DNA of 64,000 nt from Nitrospirota bacterium. Its GTDB lineage: Bacteria > Nitrospirota > UBA9217. Shown in pieces: positions 40,999 through 51,657 of the stretch. Below the pieces are notes generated by a model. The model was not told the DNA's origin and searched no databases. It worked only from the letters and a program-made list of their open reading frames with translations. Each line of letters opens with the position of its first letter. Positions within the stretch are counted from its first letter, which is position 1. The position numbers and the translations under genes were made by a program. The DNA lies in contig DASPSR010000008.1 of NCBI GenBank assembly GCA_035623825.1, positions 30,480 to 94,479 of the forward strand, in the 5' to 3' direction.

Positions 40999-41412
40999 TT
41001 ATCCGGTGAAAAATGCAAGGTCAACGAAACCGACGCATTCATCCTGGTACTTGTTAGTTGTCAGCAAGCGGTTTACAATCAGCCTGATTTTGTCCAGTTC
41101 AAAGGGCTTGCACAGCAGACAACTCGCGTTTTCTCTGACAGATTGCATCATACTGTCGCTGACAGCGGAGCCGGTAATGATAACAACCCGGGTTGTTGGA
41201 GAGACAGTCCTGATCAGCTTCATGATTTCCAGTCCGTTCATGTCAGGGAGATGAATATCGAGTATGCAGAGATCAAAACAGTTTTTGTTAATCGCATGTA
41301 ACGCAGTTTGACCGTTTGACGCAGTCATTACCTCCGTCTCATTGTCCCGGAAGGTTCTTGAGAGTGCGCTAAGGATGAGGATCGAATCATCGACTATCAG
41401 GAGCTTTTTCAT
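40999..41412 (-). CDS. Single-domain response regulator
   Basis: MKKLLIVDDS, ILDIHLPDMNG, IITG and KPF motifs. Confidence 0.85.
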   Translation of the reverse strand: MKKLLIVDDSILILSALSRTFRDNETEVMTASNGQTALHAINKNCFDLCILDIHLPDMNGLEIMKLIRTVSPTTRVVIITGSAVSDSMMQSVRENASCLLCKPFELDKIRLIVNRLLTTNKYQDECVGFVDLAFFTG

Positions 41413-41507
41413 ACGATCTCTGGTTATCACAGAGGGAACCGGTATTTTAGGGTTCCTGGCGATTTGCCGTAAATTTGAGCATAATCCTTGCGGATGCGAT
41501 GTGTGCT

Positions 41508-42461
41508 CTACAGAAAGCATTCGACGGCGCTGTCACGATCCAGCCGCGTTATCCCCTTGAGCCGTTCGATGGCCTTCGTTTCGATCTGACGCACCCTTTC
41601 CCGCGTAACGCCGAACTTCCTGCCGATACAGTCGAGGGTCATGGGATCTGCCCCGTCCAGGCCGAAGCGCATCTCAACCACGCTGCGCTCGTCCGCGGGG
41701 AGATGCGTAAGCCACATGTCTATACGGTTGCGCCTGCTGATCTCGTCGGAGAGGTGCTCGGGAGACAACGCATGCGCATCCGGGATCATATCGCCGACCG
41801 TGTCTTCTGTGCTGTCTCCGATCAGCGCATCGAGCGAAAGGATATCCCGCACCAGCCGGGATACAGATCGGATCTTATCGATGTTCGCGTCCATCCTCAG
41901 GGCTATCTCGTCCATCTCCGGCTCACGACCGAGCTCCTGAGTCAGCTTCCGTACGGCGCGCGTGTAACGGTGGACGAGCTCTGCTACGTGGACGGGTAGA
42001 CGGATGATCTTGGTCTGGTTGACGATCGCCCGCTCGATCGACTGCCTTATCCACCATAAAGCGTAGGTGCTGAATTTATGTCCCATCCGGTACTGGAACT
42101 TGTCCACAGCCCTGATCAGTCCGATGTTGCCCTCTTCGATGATGTCCGAAAACGGCAGTCCACGGTTGATGTATCTCCTCCCGATGGCAACGACGAGTCT
42201 CAGATTGGCCTCGATCATTTGCGTTCGGGCCTCTTGGTCCCCCTGTTCTATCCGCTGGCCCAGTTGCTGTTCCTCGTCAAATGTGAGAAGCGGTGTTTTC
42301 CGGATTTCCTTCAGGTAGTAGGTGATGACCTCGATGGCGTCGCTCGCTGACGCATATGGTTTTCGCCGCCGACCCTCACTCTCCCCTTGCTCACCCTCTT
42401 CACGATCACTATCGCGGGCGGCGACGCTAAGATCGTCGATTGGCAGTTCTTCGTTGGTCAT
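41508..42461 (-). CDS. RpoD/RpoS-family sigma factor (RpoS-like, short N-terminus)
   Basis: [42 protein letters not shown] and [10 protein letters not shown] motifs. Confidence 0.9.
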   Translation of the reverse strand: MTNEELPIDDLSVAARDSDREEGEQGESEGRRRKPYASASDAIEVITYYLKEIRKTPLLTFDEEQQLGQRIEQGDQEARTQMIEANLRLVVAIGRRYINRGLPFSDIIEEGNIGLIRAVDKFQYRMGHKFSTYALWWIRQSIERAIVNQTKIIRLPVHVAELVHRYTRAVRKLTQELGREPEMDEIALRMDANIDKIRSVSRLVRDILSLDALIGDSTEDTVGDMIPDAHALSPEHLSDEISRRNRIDMWLTHLPADERSVVEMRFGLDGADPMTLDCIGRKFGVTRERVRQIETKAIERLKGITRLDRDSAVECFL

Positions 42462-42575
42462 AAGCGTTTACCTGACTTTCTGATGGGAATAGCGGTCAAA
42501 GCTCCTGTGAATTTCGACTGCCGTAACGGCATTGTCGCCCTGGGGCCGGGTGAACACTGTACGCGATCCGGCAAT

Positions 42576-42607
42576 AAAAAAAGGGCACACTTGGCATCAG
42601 GTGCGCC
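42576..42607 (-). terminator. Intrinsic terminator between the receiver gene and the sigma gene
   Basis: Minus strand reads GGCGCAC-loop-GTGTGCC followed by CTTTTTTT. Confidence 0.6.
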
Positions 42608-42721
42608 TGCGATTGGTTCCGGTTCAAACTGATGGGCGTCTCGCCTTGCCCGTTCGTACTGCGGGGCGGAGGATACTGAGCCCAAGAAAGATGGTGCACG
42701 TTAACTTCGGCCTTCCGGAAA

Positions 42722-43123
42722 TCATCCGCCGGCTGCGGTGAATCTGCCCGGAGCACGAGGAGATCTTTCTCCCGCCGACATGATCTCCCGCACGATTCCC
42801 CTCAGTTCAAGCGGCTTCTCGAGGTATTGGGTAATGCCCATGTTCCGGAGCCGCTTCTCCGTTTCCGGGTCGCCGTGGGCCGTCATTATTATGATGGGGA
42901 CGTCGGGGCGATACTGTTTCATGTATTTCACGATTTCGTATCCATCGGCTTCCGGCATTTTCAGGTCTGTGACCACCACGTCGATGATAAATGTCTTGAG
43001 AACTTCAATGGCCATTTTGCCGTTGTCTGCTGTTATCACATTGAAATACTTGGAATAAGAGCTCAGTCCCTCGGAAAGTAATTCGAGAAAGGTCTTTTCA
43101 TCATCTACAATAAGGATATCCAT
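42722..43123 (-). CDS. Single-domain response regulator
   Basis: ILIVDDE, VVTDLKMP, IMTAHG and EKP motifs. Confidence 0.9.
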   Translation of the reverse strand: MDILIVDDEKTFLELLSEGLSSYSKYFNVITADNGKMAIEVLKTFIIDVVVTDLKMPEADGYEIVKYMKQYRPDVPIIIMTAHGDPETEKRLRNMGITQYLEKPLELRGIVREIMSAGERSPRAPGRFTAAGG

Positions 43124-43139
43124 AATACTTTATATGTAT

Positions 43140-43156
43140 AGCAAGAATGCTGCCAA
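43140..43156 (-). promoter_or_regulatory. Sigma54 promoter
   Basis: Minus strand TTGGCAGCATTCTTGCT has GG-N10-GC. Confidence 0.8.
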
Positions 43157-43182
43157 CTCTCAGTAAAAAATTTTTTATAAAA

Positions 43183-43195
43183 AATCAAATAATTG
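43183..43195. promoter_or_regulatory. IHF-binding site
   Basis: AATCAAATAATTG matches WATCAANNNNTTR exactly, between the sigma54 promoter and the putative UAS. Confidence 0.65.
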
Positions 43196-43240
43196 AGGAA
43201 ACGATAAAGAGGACTTTCGGGAAAGCGGACATTATGGCTA

Positions 43241-43274
43241 GTTCATTTTGGATAGGATGGCGTTCATTTTAGAC
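43241..43274. promoter_or_regulatory. Tandem putative enhancer (UAS) sites
   Basis: GTTCATTTTGGAT and GTTCATTTTAGAC, 21 bp apart. Confidence 0.5.
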
Positions 43275-44619
43275 TGTATTCCCTGAGTTTTCGTTTGAGC
43301 GTGGAGAGTGAGATGCCGAGGGCTTTGGCGGTCCTCGTGAGATTACCCGAGAGCTGCCCGAGGGCTGAACTGATAAGCTGTTTCTCCGCTTCTTGTAAGG
43401 TCATAATTCCTCCTGCTGAAGTGACCGTTGCCGACGCGGGGCAGTCCGCTTTCGGCGTTTTTTCGAGCAGAAGGGACGGCTGAAGCTCTGAGCCTTTCTG
43501 GACGAACACCGCACGTTCGAGAATGTTCCGAAGTTCCCGCACGTTGCCCGGCCACGGGTAATCCGTGAGTTTTGCGATCTCGGATGCGGGAAGCTCAACG
43601 TCTCTGCACCCGGGAATGCGCTTCAGCAAAAAGGAACTGATTGCGGCGATATCATCTCTGCGCTCACGCAGCGGCGGGATATGGATCCGGACGACGCTGA
43701 GACGATAATAGAGGTCTTTCCGGAAGGTCTTGCCGAGCGTGTTTTCGAGATCCGCGCTCGTGGCCGATAGGATGCGCACGTTTACCTGCTTTGCAGTTGT
43801 TCCGCCGAGCCGCCGGATCATCTTGTCATCGATGGCGCTCAGGAGCTTGGACTGGAGGTGGACGGGCATATCGCCGATCTCGTCTAGGAAAAGCGTCCCT
43901 CCCTCGGCCATTTCAAACACGCCTTTCTTGACGGCCACGGCGCCGGTAAAAGCGCCTTTTTCATGGCCGAAGAGCTCCGATTCGATGAGGCCTTCCGGGA
44001 GTGCAGCGCAGTTTATGCTGATGAAGGCGGCATCGGATGCCTTGCTTTCATAGTGGATCGCTTTGGCCACGAGGTTTTTGCCGGTACCCGTTTCACCGGT
44101 GATCAGGACGGGCGCATCCACGGCAGCGGCAGACTCCACAAGACGTTTCACCTCGGCGATGGCGCGGCTGTTGCCGACCAATACCGCCTCCTCACGGTCT
44201 TTTTCGGCTGCATAGTTCTGGATCTGCTGCACCCGTTCCAGGTCCAGGGTCCGCAGTGCGTTCTCAATGGTCAGTTTCAGCTCGTCGAGGTCGAAAGGCT
44301 TGGAAAGGTAGTCGTGTGCCCCGGCGCGCAGGGCCTTCACGGCGCTCTCGAAAGAAGGAAAGGCGGTAATGAAGATGATCTTGGTCTGATCGTTCCGTTC
44401 GAGGATGGGCCCGGCCAGCCGATGCCCCTCCATATCAGGGAGTTTCTGGTCAAGGAGGACCACGTCCACGTTCCGTAAAGAGCAGATCTCGAGACCCTGG
44501 GCCCCGTTCTGCGCCGTAAGCACTTCCATGGTCTCGCTGGAGAGATATTCCTTGACCGTTTCGCTGAACACCTTCTCATCGTCAATGATGAGGAGTGTTC
44601 TCTTGCCCGCGTGCGTCAT
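43264..44619 (-). CDS. Sigma54-dependent NtrC-family response regulator
   Basis: REC domain, GETGTGK, ESELFGHEKGAFTGA, LFLDEIG, WPGNVREL and C-terminal HTH. Confidence 0.95.
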   Translation of the reverse strand: MTHAGKRTLLIIDDEKVFSETVKEYLSSETMEVLTAQNGAQGLEICSLRNVDVVLLDQKLPDMEGHRLAGPILERNDQTKIIFITAFPSFESAVKALRAGAHDYLSKPFDLDELKLTIENALRTLDLERVQQIQNYAAEKDREEAVLVGNSRAIAEVKRLVESAAAVDAPVLITGETGTGKNLVAKAIHYESKASDAAFISINCAALPEGLIESELFGHEKGAFTGAVAVKKGVFEMAEGGTLFLDEIGDMPVHLQSKLLSAIDDKMIRRLGGTTAKQVNVRILSATSADLENTLGKTFRKDLYYRLSVVRIHIPPLRERRDDIAAISSFLLKRIPGCRDVELPASEIAKLTDYPWPGNVRELRNILERAVFVQKGSELQPSLLLEKTPKADCPASATVTSAGGIMTLQEAEKQLISSALGQLSGNLTRTAKALGISLSTLKRKLREYSLK

Positions 44620-47600
44620 GCCTGCCCTCCGGGATCAGGATATCGACAGTGGTCCCGACGCCGTGCCGGCTCGTTATCGTTATCCCGCCATTCATCTTTG
44701 TCAGCATTTTCTTCACGAGCACAAGGCCGAGGCCCGTGCCGTGTTTTTTCGAAGTGACAAAAGGTCTGAACAGAGTCCTCTGCTCCTTCTCCGTGATGCC
44801 GTTACCATTATCATTGACTTGGATCAGGATCTGATCGTTCTGCCTGGAAATCCCGATATCGATGGCTGGATCCCGCCGTCCCTCGAGGGCATCGATGGCA
44901 TTGGTCACGATATTGAGGAGCGTCTGCTGAAGCGCCCGCGGATCGGCATACGCCCACACGACCTCGGGCTCAAGCTTCACTGCGATCGATATCCCTTTCT
45001 TCCCGATATCCTCGCCCACGAGAGAAAGGAATCGGTCCATGAAGGCGGCCATGTCCATGTTCTCAAGTTCCATGGATTCGTACAGGTTGAAGTTTCTCAG
45101 GGTCTTCAAGTGGTATTCCACCCGGCCCATCTCGCCCAGGGTCCGGTCGATATATTCCCGGATCGTCTCCGTGGAACTCTGCTCCAGCTTATTCCGGAGG
45201 ACGCTCAGGATCATCTTAGCGGTGTTGACTGGATTGCCGATCTCGTGCCGTACCCCCGAGATGACAGAACCGATGTTGTCCATGGTGTTCACCGACTCGG
45301 CAATGGATTCGAGCTTGAGTCTTTCTGTCACGTCGCGTTTAATATAGACGTAATTCATGATTTGCCCGTTCGAGCCCTTTACCGGAGCACAGGTGCAGTC
45401 CTCGAAGTAGAAGGTGCCGTCCTTTTTCTTGTTGATGAGCCTTCCCTGCCAGACGCCGTTATTGGCAAGGGCGTCTCTGAACTCCCGATAGAATCCCTCG
45501 TCATGCTTGCCGCTGTCAAGAAAGTGAAGATCCCGCCACGTGATCTCGTTCCTCGCGTAGCCAGTGATACGTTCAAAGGCCGGGTTGACGTATTCAATGA
45601 GCCCGCGCGTATCGGTGATTACCACGGCATCGACAGCGGACTCCACCGCCAATGCAAGGCGCGCGCGCTCCTCTTCCGCCCGCATGCGCTCGGTGACGTC
45701 AAGCAACGAGAAGATCAGTAATTCAACCTCTCCGTGTTCGTCCAGGATGGGAGCCACGTACAGGTCCCAGTAGGTTGTTCCCCACTCAGGATGGTCGGGG
45801 AAGATGAACGGCCTTTCAAAGACTCTGTAAGGCTCCTTGGTGTCGATCACTTTTTGGAATTTCCCCTTGAGCTCTTCGGAAGGATAGTCCACAAAATGAT
45901 TGTGACCACGGAAGCTAGTCATTTCGCGCGCACATGCCCGGGCATATGCTTCATTTACGCGGATGAAATTGAACTCCCTGTCGAGAAATACCAGACAGGT
46001 CTGCGTATGACTGAAGAATGATTCCAGTATCCTGGACTGCTCCATCACTTCGACGGTCCTGTCTCGGACGAGGAGTTCCAGATCGTCACGGACAGCTTTC
46101 AAGGATGCTTCGACCGCCTTGCGCTCAGTGATATCCTGAACGGCCCCGATGATCCTGGTGGGCCGGCCCTGTTCATCGAATGCGATTTCGGCATATTCTG
46201 CGACCACGATCTCGGTTCCGTCAGGACGATAGACGCGGTGCTCGACGCTATAGGGTTCCTTTCGGACAATGGCGTCGGCTACTGCGTCCATGATCTTTTG
46301 ACGGTCCTCAGGAGGCACTCTCTCGAAGAAAAAGCCGTTTGTCACCTCTATCTGACCCGGCGTATAGCCGAAAATACGATACGTCTCGTCGGACCAGTGT
46401 AGTGGATTAGCGTTCAAGTCCTCCTGGTTCGAGATCTCAATATGCCATGCGCCCAGACGCGCCATTTTCCCGGCGTGAGCCAGGATCGCCTCGTTCCTTC
46501 GCAGGGCCTCCTCGATCCGTTTGCGGTGGGTGATGTCCACGGTCACGGCGACGCCGCCTATGGCATTACCGTTCTGATCCTGGATGGGCGCCCCCGAAGC
46601 CTCCGCAAACCACCGCCGTCCGCTCGGAAGGAGGATCTCCAGTTCCATCGGAGGGACATCATGGTTCAGGGAGCAGGCCCTCTGCAAAGGCAGGTCCGTA
46701 TCCTTCAGTTCCTTACCTTCGTGTAAATAACGGATCTTCCGGCCCTCTGCTTGCGGGACGGGTGCAGATGCGGAGATGTTGTCTTCGGTCCCGATCTCGA
46801 ACTGCGTCATGAGATGCGGGTTTCCCGATATGCGCTGGCAGGCGGTATCGTCGGAGAAGCTGACGCCTACCGGCAGCGCAGTCATCAGCGACTCCAGGCG
46901 TTGACTGGTCGTAAACAGCTCGTCCTCCAAGCGCTTGCGCTCCGTGATGTCATAGCCATAGATGCGCGCAACGTCGAACCCTGGGGCGAAGTGGATGGTC
47001 AAACCGAATACATAATCAGCAATTTTGACCTCGCGATAGGTCGTGTATGTTTCTTTCTCGTTCCACGCGGTTACGAGTTCGTTCATGTCCTGGGGCACGA
47101 ACGCTTTCGTATCCCCAGGGCCCAGGCCAAGCCCTGCCAGGATACTCTGCGTGGCGGTATTCGAGAACGTGACCGTACCAGTACGGTCCACTTCGACGAT
47201 TGGATTCGGATTGAGCAGGGGAAATGATGCCAGATGGGCAAGCCGCTCTACAGCCAGCCTGCGCTCGGTCACATCACTCATTGCCGCGCGTATGCGCGTG
47301 GCGTCGCGTTTGCCCTCCTTGGAAGGTATGCTCTGGAGTTGCGCATGAAACTTCGTTCCGTCCTTTCTCCGCAGGCGGAGTTCGCAGGTTTCCAATGTCT
47401 TTTTCTTGAGGACCGTCGCAAGGTGGGTGGTAAAGACCTTCTGGTCCCTGGTGCCTTCTAAAAAAAGCGAAAAAGGCTGGTCCACGAGCATGCGCTTAGT
47501 GACGCCCATCATGGTTGCTCCCGTAAGGTTCGCCTCCCGTATCAGCCCGTCCTTGTCGAAGGTGAAATAGCCGACGGGAGCAAAATCGTACAGGTCCGCG

Positions 47601-47692
47601 TACTTTCCCCGGGAAGGTTCTTTCCGGTCGGCCGCTCGAGGCAGGCCGGTCGTATTTTCTTTTTTTCTCTTAGTTTTTTTCTTCATGCCCAT
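44582..47692 (-). CDS. Cytoplasmic multi-PAS sensor histidine kinase
   Basis: Several PAS/PAC units ending DVTER/DITER; GVRHEIGNP H-box; DNGNGI and GTGLGL. Start codon uncertain (47686 or 47692). Confidence 0.9.
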   Translation of the reverse strand: MGMKKKTKRKKENTTGLPRAADRKEPSRGKYADLYDFAPVGYFTFDKDGLIREANLTGATMMGVTKRMLVDQPFSLFLEGTRDQKVFTTHLATVLKKKTLETCELRLRRKDGTKFHAQLQSIPSKEGKRDATRIRAAMSDVTERRLAVERLAHLASFPLLNPNPIVEVDRTGTVTFSNTATQSILAGLGLGPGDTKAFVPQDMNELVTAWNEKETYTTYREVKIADYVFGLTIHFAPGFDVARIYGYDITERKRLEDELFTTSQRLESLMTALPVGVSFSDDTACQRISGNPHLMTQFEIGTEDNISASAPVPQAEGRKIRYLHEGKELKDTDLPLQRACSLNHDVPPMELEILLPSGRRWFAEASGAPIQDQNGNAIGGVAVTVDITHRKRIEEALRRNEAILAHAGKMARLGAWHIEISNQEDLNANPLHWSDETYRIFGYTPGQIEVTNGFFFERVPPEDRQKIMDAVADAIVRKEPYSVEHRVYRPDGTEIVVAEYAEIAFDEQGRPTRIIGAVQDITERKAVEASLKAVRDDLELLVRDRTVEVMEQSRILESFFSHTQTCLVFLDREFNFIRVNEAYARACAREMTSFRGHNHFVDYPSEELKGKFQKVIDTKEPYRVFERPFIFPDHPEWGTTYWDLYVAPILDEHGEVELLIFSLLDVTERMRAEEERARLALAVESAVDAVVITDTRGLIEYVNPAFERITGYARNEITWRDLHFLDSGKHDEGFYREFRDALANNGVWQGRLINKKKDGTFYFEDCTCAPVKGSNGQIMNYVYIKRDVTERLKLESIAESVNTMDNIGSVISGVRHEIGNPVNTAKMILSVLRNKLEQSSTETIREYIDRTLGEMGRVEYHLKTLRNFNLYESMELENMDMAAFMDRFLSLVGEDIGKKGISIAVKLEPEVVWAYADPRALQQTLLNIVTNAIDALEGRRDPAIDIGISRQNDQILIQVNDNGNGITEKEQRTLFRPFVTSKKHGTGLGLVLVKKMLTKMNGGITITSRHGVGTTVDILIPEGRHDARGQENTPHH

Positions 47693-48177
47693 GATACCAA
47701 TACATTCTGCAACACGAGGTATCAATATTACTAAAAGTTACAAATAGATTCTTTAGACGTTTTTAGATAATAACATATTCCGAAATTCATACAATGAATT
47801 ATTTCAGAAAATTCTTGAATTAAAAATGAATGCAGAATCATTACCATAGCCCGCCGATCTATGGTGGAGTTCTTGCTTAATTTCGAGTTGATGATAGGAC
47901 CTCAGATTCCGGACAGGATGACGTGAGGTGGGCAAACTTGTGGGAACTCGCCCACATCGAAACCATTTAGTATGATATAATTCTTTAAATCATGCCGATG
48001 TATACCAGGCGACAAAAAAGATCTAATGGTGCAGGTTGCGATTGAATAGCATCGGGCCGTGTGCCCCTTGTCGGTGACTGAGCAGCAGCCCGCAGTTTAA
48101 TGCATAGTTGTCACATGGAACATCAAGATAGCCCAGCACCTCTTAAAGGGTTGATCACGTCAGCCGAGGTGGATTTT

Positions 48178-49086
48178 ATGAGACGTTCGCTACGTTCGAT
48201 CTTCAAAGTGTTCATTGCATCTATTTTTATTATCATGTCAGGATCCATGCCGTTCGCCGGCCCATCACAGGTTTACGCGGGTAGTGAAGCTTTAGCAGAC
48301 CAGGTAGTAAGGATCCTGTCTGATGAATCCGCCCGCGAGAAGATAAAAGTGATCGTCCTGGATTTTCACATGTCATTTCAGAACGCGGACCGGAAGCCGT
48401 CAGAGGGTGAAATAAAAGAGCTAAGCTCCCAATATACGGAAGAGTTTATTGCAGACATTGTGCAGAGGCTCAGCAACGAGGGCAAGCAGAGCCGGATATC
48501 CATCATTGACCGCAGCAAACTGGACGATATCCTCCGAGGCATGAAACCGCAGGAAGCGGCTGCCGCGGAGCGCACCGCAACGGAACTGGGGACACTCGCC
48601 GGCGCAGATGTTGTCGTAACCGGAAGCGTTAAGATAACCGGCGATGCACAGGCGGCAACGGTAAAAGCGGTCAGGGTAAAAGACGGGGAGATCCTCGGCA
48701 TCGCGAAGCAGGACGTCCCCGGGAAGCCGCCGCGTCCTGTGTTTGAGCCGATAACCGTGATCGACGAGGTGGAAAAAATTGAAATTGGAGCCTTGAAGGC
48801 GCTGCCCATGAACCTGGAGCATACAGGGACCCTCCACGTGGCCGTCGATGTTGTGCATGGAAACCCTATGGACGTCATCGTAATCGAAGGCGGGCAGCTG
48901 GAACATCTCCAGAAGAACGAAAAGTTTGATTCAGTGCCCGCATTTAAACCCATGCGGACGAGGCATTACAAGCAAGAGGCTCCGCTTGAAATCGGCAGCT
49001 ATTATCTTGTGCTTAAGGACAGCTCGGTGGGGATCTTTGCCAAAATGCGTAGCGAGATCAAGGTGACGGTCCGGCTGGAACCGTGA
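48178..49086 (+). CDS. Secreted protein with a CsgG/FlgO-like N-terminal domain
   Basis: Signal peptide; IIDRSKLDDIL...ELGTLAGADVVVTG...VRVKDGEIL. Confidence 0.6.
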   Translation: MRRSLRSIFKVFIASIFIIMSGSMPFAGPSQVYAGSEALADQVVRILSDESAREKIKVIVLDFHMSFQNADRKPSEGEIKELSSQYTEEFIADIVQRLSNEGKQSRISIIDRSKLDDILRGMKPQEAAAAERTATELGTLAGADVVVTGSVKITGDAQAATVKAVRVKDGEILGIAKQDVPGKPPRPVFEPITVIDEVEKIEIGALKALPMNLEHTGTLHVAVDVVHGNPMDVIVIEGGQLEHLQKNEKFDSVPAFKPMRTRHYKQEAPLEIGSYYLVLKDSSVGIFAKMRSEIKVTVRLEP

Positions 49087-49101
49087 GGCGGGGACTCGCT
49101 T

Positions 49102-49560
49102 TTACTGCAAATCTTCCCTGGTCGGTTTGTCCGCATGGAACGCGAGGCGATGTCTGTCGTCCTTGAAGAGGGCATGCATGTATTTGTCTTCAAGAACTCC
49201 GCAGGTGTACCAATGCGTGATCTCCCCTTCGGGATCTAACTGGATGATATTCCCATACTGGTCCTTCCATTTCCTCTTCCCCCGTATGATATAGGAGACC
49301 TTCCCCTGCGCGAGGTATACCGTGTCCTGTGCCGTCTCGCTTTTTGAAAGACCGTCTATCGTCAGATCAGTGACCACGACCTTGATATCCATGTTGTGCG
49401 CCCGGTAATCCTTCTCCAGATCGTCGGCAACTTCGCTCTTTATGAACTGCCCTATCTTCCGGGCGGTATCGTTGTTTATCTTTTGCGAAACACAGGCAAA
49501 ACAGCAGGCCGTAGCGGCAATAAACACCAGAGAAAGAAATATGGAACGATGGTTTTTCAT
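49102..49560 (-). CDS. Hypothetical lipoprotein
   Basis: Hydrophobic N-terminus ending in CFAC; open frame. Confidence 0.55.
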   Translation of the reverse strand: MKNHRSIFLSLVFIAATACCFACVSQKINNDTARKIGQFIKSEVADDLEKDYRAHNMDIKVVVTDLTIDGLSKSETAQDTVYLAQGKVSYIIRGKRKWKDQYGNIIQLDPEGEITHWYTCGVLEDKYMHALFKDDRHRLAFHADKPTREDLQ

Positions 49561-49624
49561 CTCAGGCGGCAGTGTGTTGGGAAGCGGTTCCCCGCACAAT
49601 CTTTACCTGTACCTTCAGGCATCA

Positions 49625-49960
49625 TCATCTGCTGCCGACATCGGCGTGGCCGCTCGGATCATCCTGAGTGCCGCCGCTCCGAAAGAGACTTCGGAACCCG
49701 TATTTGCCGGTTAGGTATCCCGCGTGGTCACGGCGCTGCCCCACACGCCCGAACAGCAGACGGGACAACAGCAGAAGTCCGACGGCCTGAAGATAGGTGA
49801 TTTCCCTCAGCCCGAAAATGCCGGGCATGAGCCAGTTCCAGAGCAGCTGTACGAATATGCTGAACAGGAATATGAATACGAGGACCATGGCTATTCCCCA
49901 CACGATGTGTCTAGCCCCCCGCTTCTCGCTTCCTGGCGCGTTGATTTGTTGTTCAGTCAT
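49625..49960 (-). CDS. Small membrane protein
   Basis: AGGAGG RBS; VQLLWNWLMPGIFGLREITYLQAVGLLLLSRLLFG. Confidence 0.7.
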   Translation of the reverse strand: MTEQQINAPGSEKRGARHIVWGIAMVLVFIFLFSIFVQLLWNWLMPGIFGLREITYLQAVGLLLLSRLLFGRVGQRRDHAGYLTGKYGFRSLFRSGGTQDDPSGHADVGSR

Positions 49961-50780
49961 GGCTTCCCTCCTTACCTGGTGCTTGAGTGGCCGGCTTCCA
50001 CGGGTTAACATGCAGTTGTCTGGCGCGGCAATACACGGGAAACCGTTCGTCAGAGAGACTACAATAAACCGACCATCATGGCAAGGGAATTATGCTTGAA
50101 GATTCTTTTGCGCGGCCGCCAATTAATGCAGCGAGCGGCTCAGAAATGTGAGTGCCTCGACTGCGTCTCCCGGGCTAATGCTGCGCCGTGTCTTGTGACT
50201 TTGCTGTTTCGATGAGTCCGCGTCTCATACTATGGGATTAAATCTTCAAATGTGTTTCTTGAGATGATTATTTTTGCCGTTATCTTGCTTTTCCTGAAAT
50301 ATTGCATATAATTGAACCATAGGCTGGGCAATGGCGGATCCGGCTATCCATCCAGGTATTTCTCTCTTTAAACTGACAGGAGATCCTTATCTGTGCCATG
50401 CGGCGTGGAGGAGGATGACACCAAGAAATAACCTTGAACGACTTCCGTACTACGGCTTAAGAACAATCGCATTTCGTACAGCGTCGTCTAATCGAGACCT
50501 TTGGTAAAAATCAGCACAGTAATAAACGTAAAGTTTGAACTTGAAGTTGACAGTCCGCAGCGAATATACTATAAGTCGCGAATACTCTTGATTCCCGATT
50601 CCTTTCCCTGAAGGCACAGAGCACAGCTTGTCCACCGTCAAGAACGATGTGTCTTTAAGAGACGGATAGAGGCGAAGCGTGTATAAGGGAGCAGGCGAAC
50701 AACGGATATCGAAAACACGTGTTGAAATAAGGAAACGGCTGCATGATAAAGAGCTTATCAATGAGGGAGGAGGAACTGTG

Positions 50781-51500
50781 ATGCGAAAAGGAATTGTTTT
50801 TCTCATGATCATGGCGGTATCGGTATATTTCTCTTATGGAGCGACTTCATTTGCTTACGAAACGGTTGAAGTGAAAAATGGAGGGAGCATCGAGGGCGTC
50901 GTGGAATTCACGGGGGCGACGGTTCCGAAGGACCCCATGCTCAAGTTGAGCTCTGAAACAAAATACTGCGGCACAAGCCTTCCAGCAGAGAAATATGTAA
51001 TCAAAGACAAGAAGATCGCAAACGTGGCTGTATATATAACGGAAATCAAATCCGGAAAAGCGATCCCGGCCGAGCCTCTCACGATAACGAATATCAAATG
51101 TCTGTTCAGTCCTCATGTCGCGATCGGATACAAGGGAGGCAAGCTCACCCAGAAAAATGATGACCCCATATTCCACAATATCCATACCTATTTGAACGGC
51201 AAGACGATGTTCAATATCGGCCTTCCTGAAAAAGGGTCATCGGTCACGAAGCCGCTGTTAAGAGACGGCCTTATGGAAGTGACCTGCGACAGTCACCCCT
51301 GGATGCACGGTTTCATCGTGATCCTTGACCATCCCTACGGCGCCGTCACCAACGAGAGCGGTGCGTTTATCATCAAGGACGTTCCTGCCGGAACGTACGC
51401 TGTCGAGGCATGGCACGAAGCGCTCGGCAAGGTGAAGGTCGCCGACGTCAAAGTCGAAAGCGGAAAAGCAACCAAGATAAAAATAGACTATAAAAAATAA
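50781..51500 (+). CDS. Secreted cupredoxin-like/carboxypeptidase-regulatory-like protein
   Basis: Signal peptide; CLFSPHV, HNIH, CDSHPWMHG and PAGTYAVEAWHE motifs. Confidence 0.75.
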   Translation: MRKGIVFLMIMAVSVYFSYGATSFAYETVEVKNGGSIEGVVEFTGATVPKDPMLKLSSETKYCGTSLPAEKYVIKDKKIANVAVYITEIKSGKAIPAEPLTITNIKCLFSPHVAIGYKGGKLTQKNDDPIFHNIHTYLNGKTMFNIGLPEKGSSVTKPLLRDGLMEVTCDSHPWMHGFIVILDHPYGAVTNESGAFIIKDVPAGTYAVEAWHEALGKVKVADVKVESGKATKIKIDYKK

Positions 51501-51657
51501 AGCTTCCGTCCGATTTCATAGCAAGTCGTCCCTGATGATACAGTAGAGGACGACACTCAGTAATTGCACCGGAGGCAAATCGTATCGCGTCGCGGGCTTG
51601 TTTTTCAGAGTGAGAGGTCGGGGATGTGAAATCATCATTAATGTGGGGAGGAGAATT

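Noticed and set aside
50415-50507. 30-codon ORF after GGAGGAGG
   Set aside because: The SD-like motif abuts the ATG with no spacer; no supporting motif.
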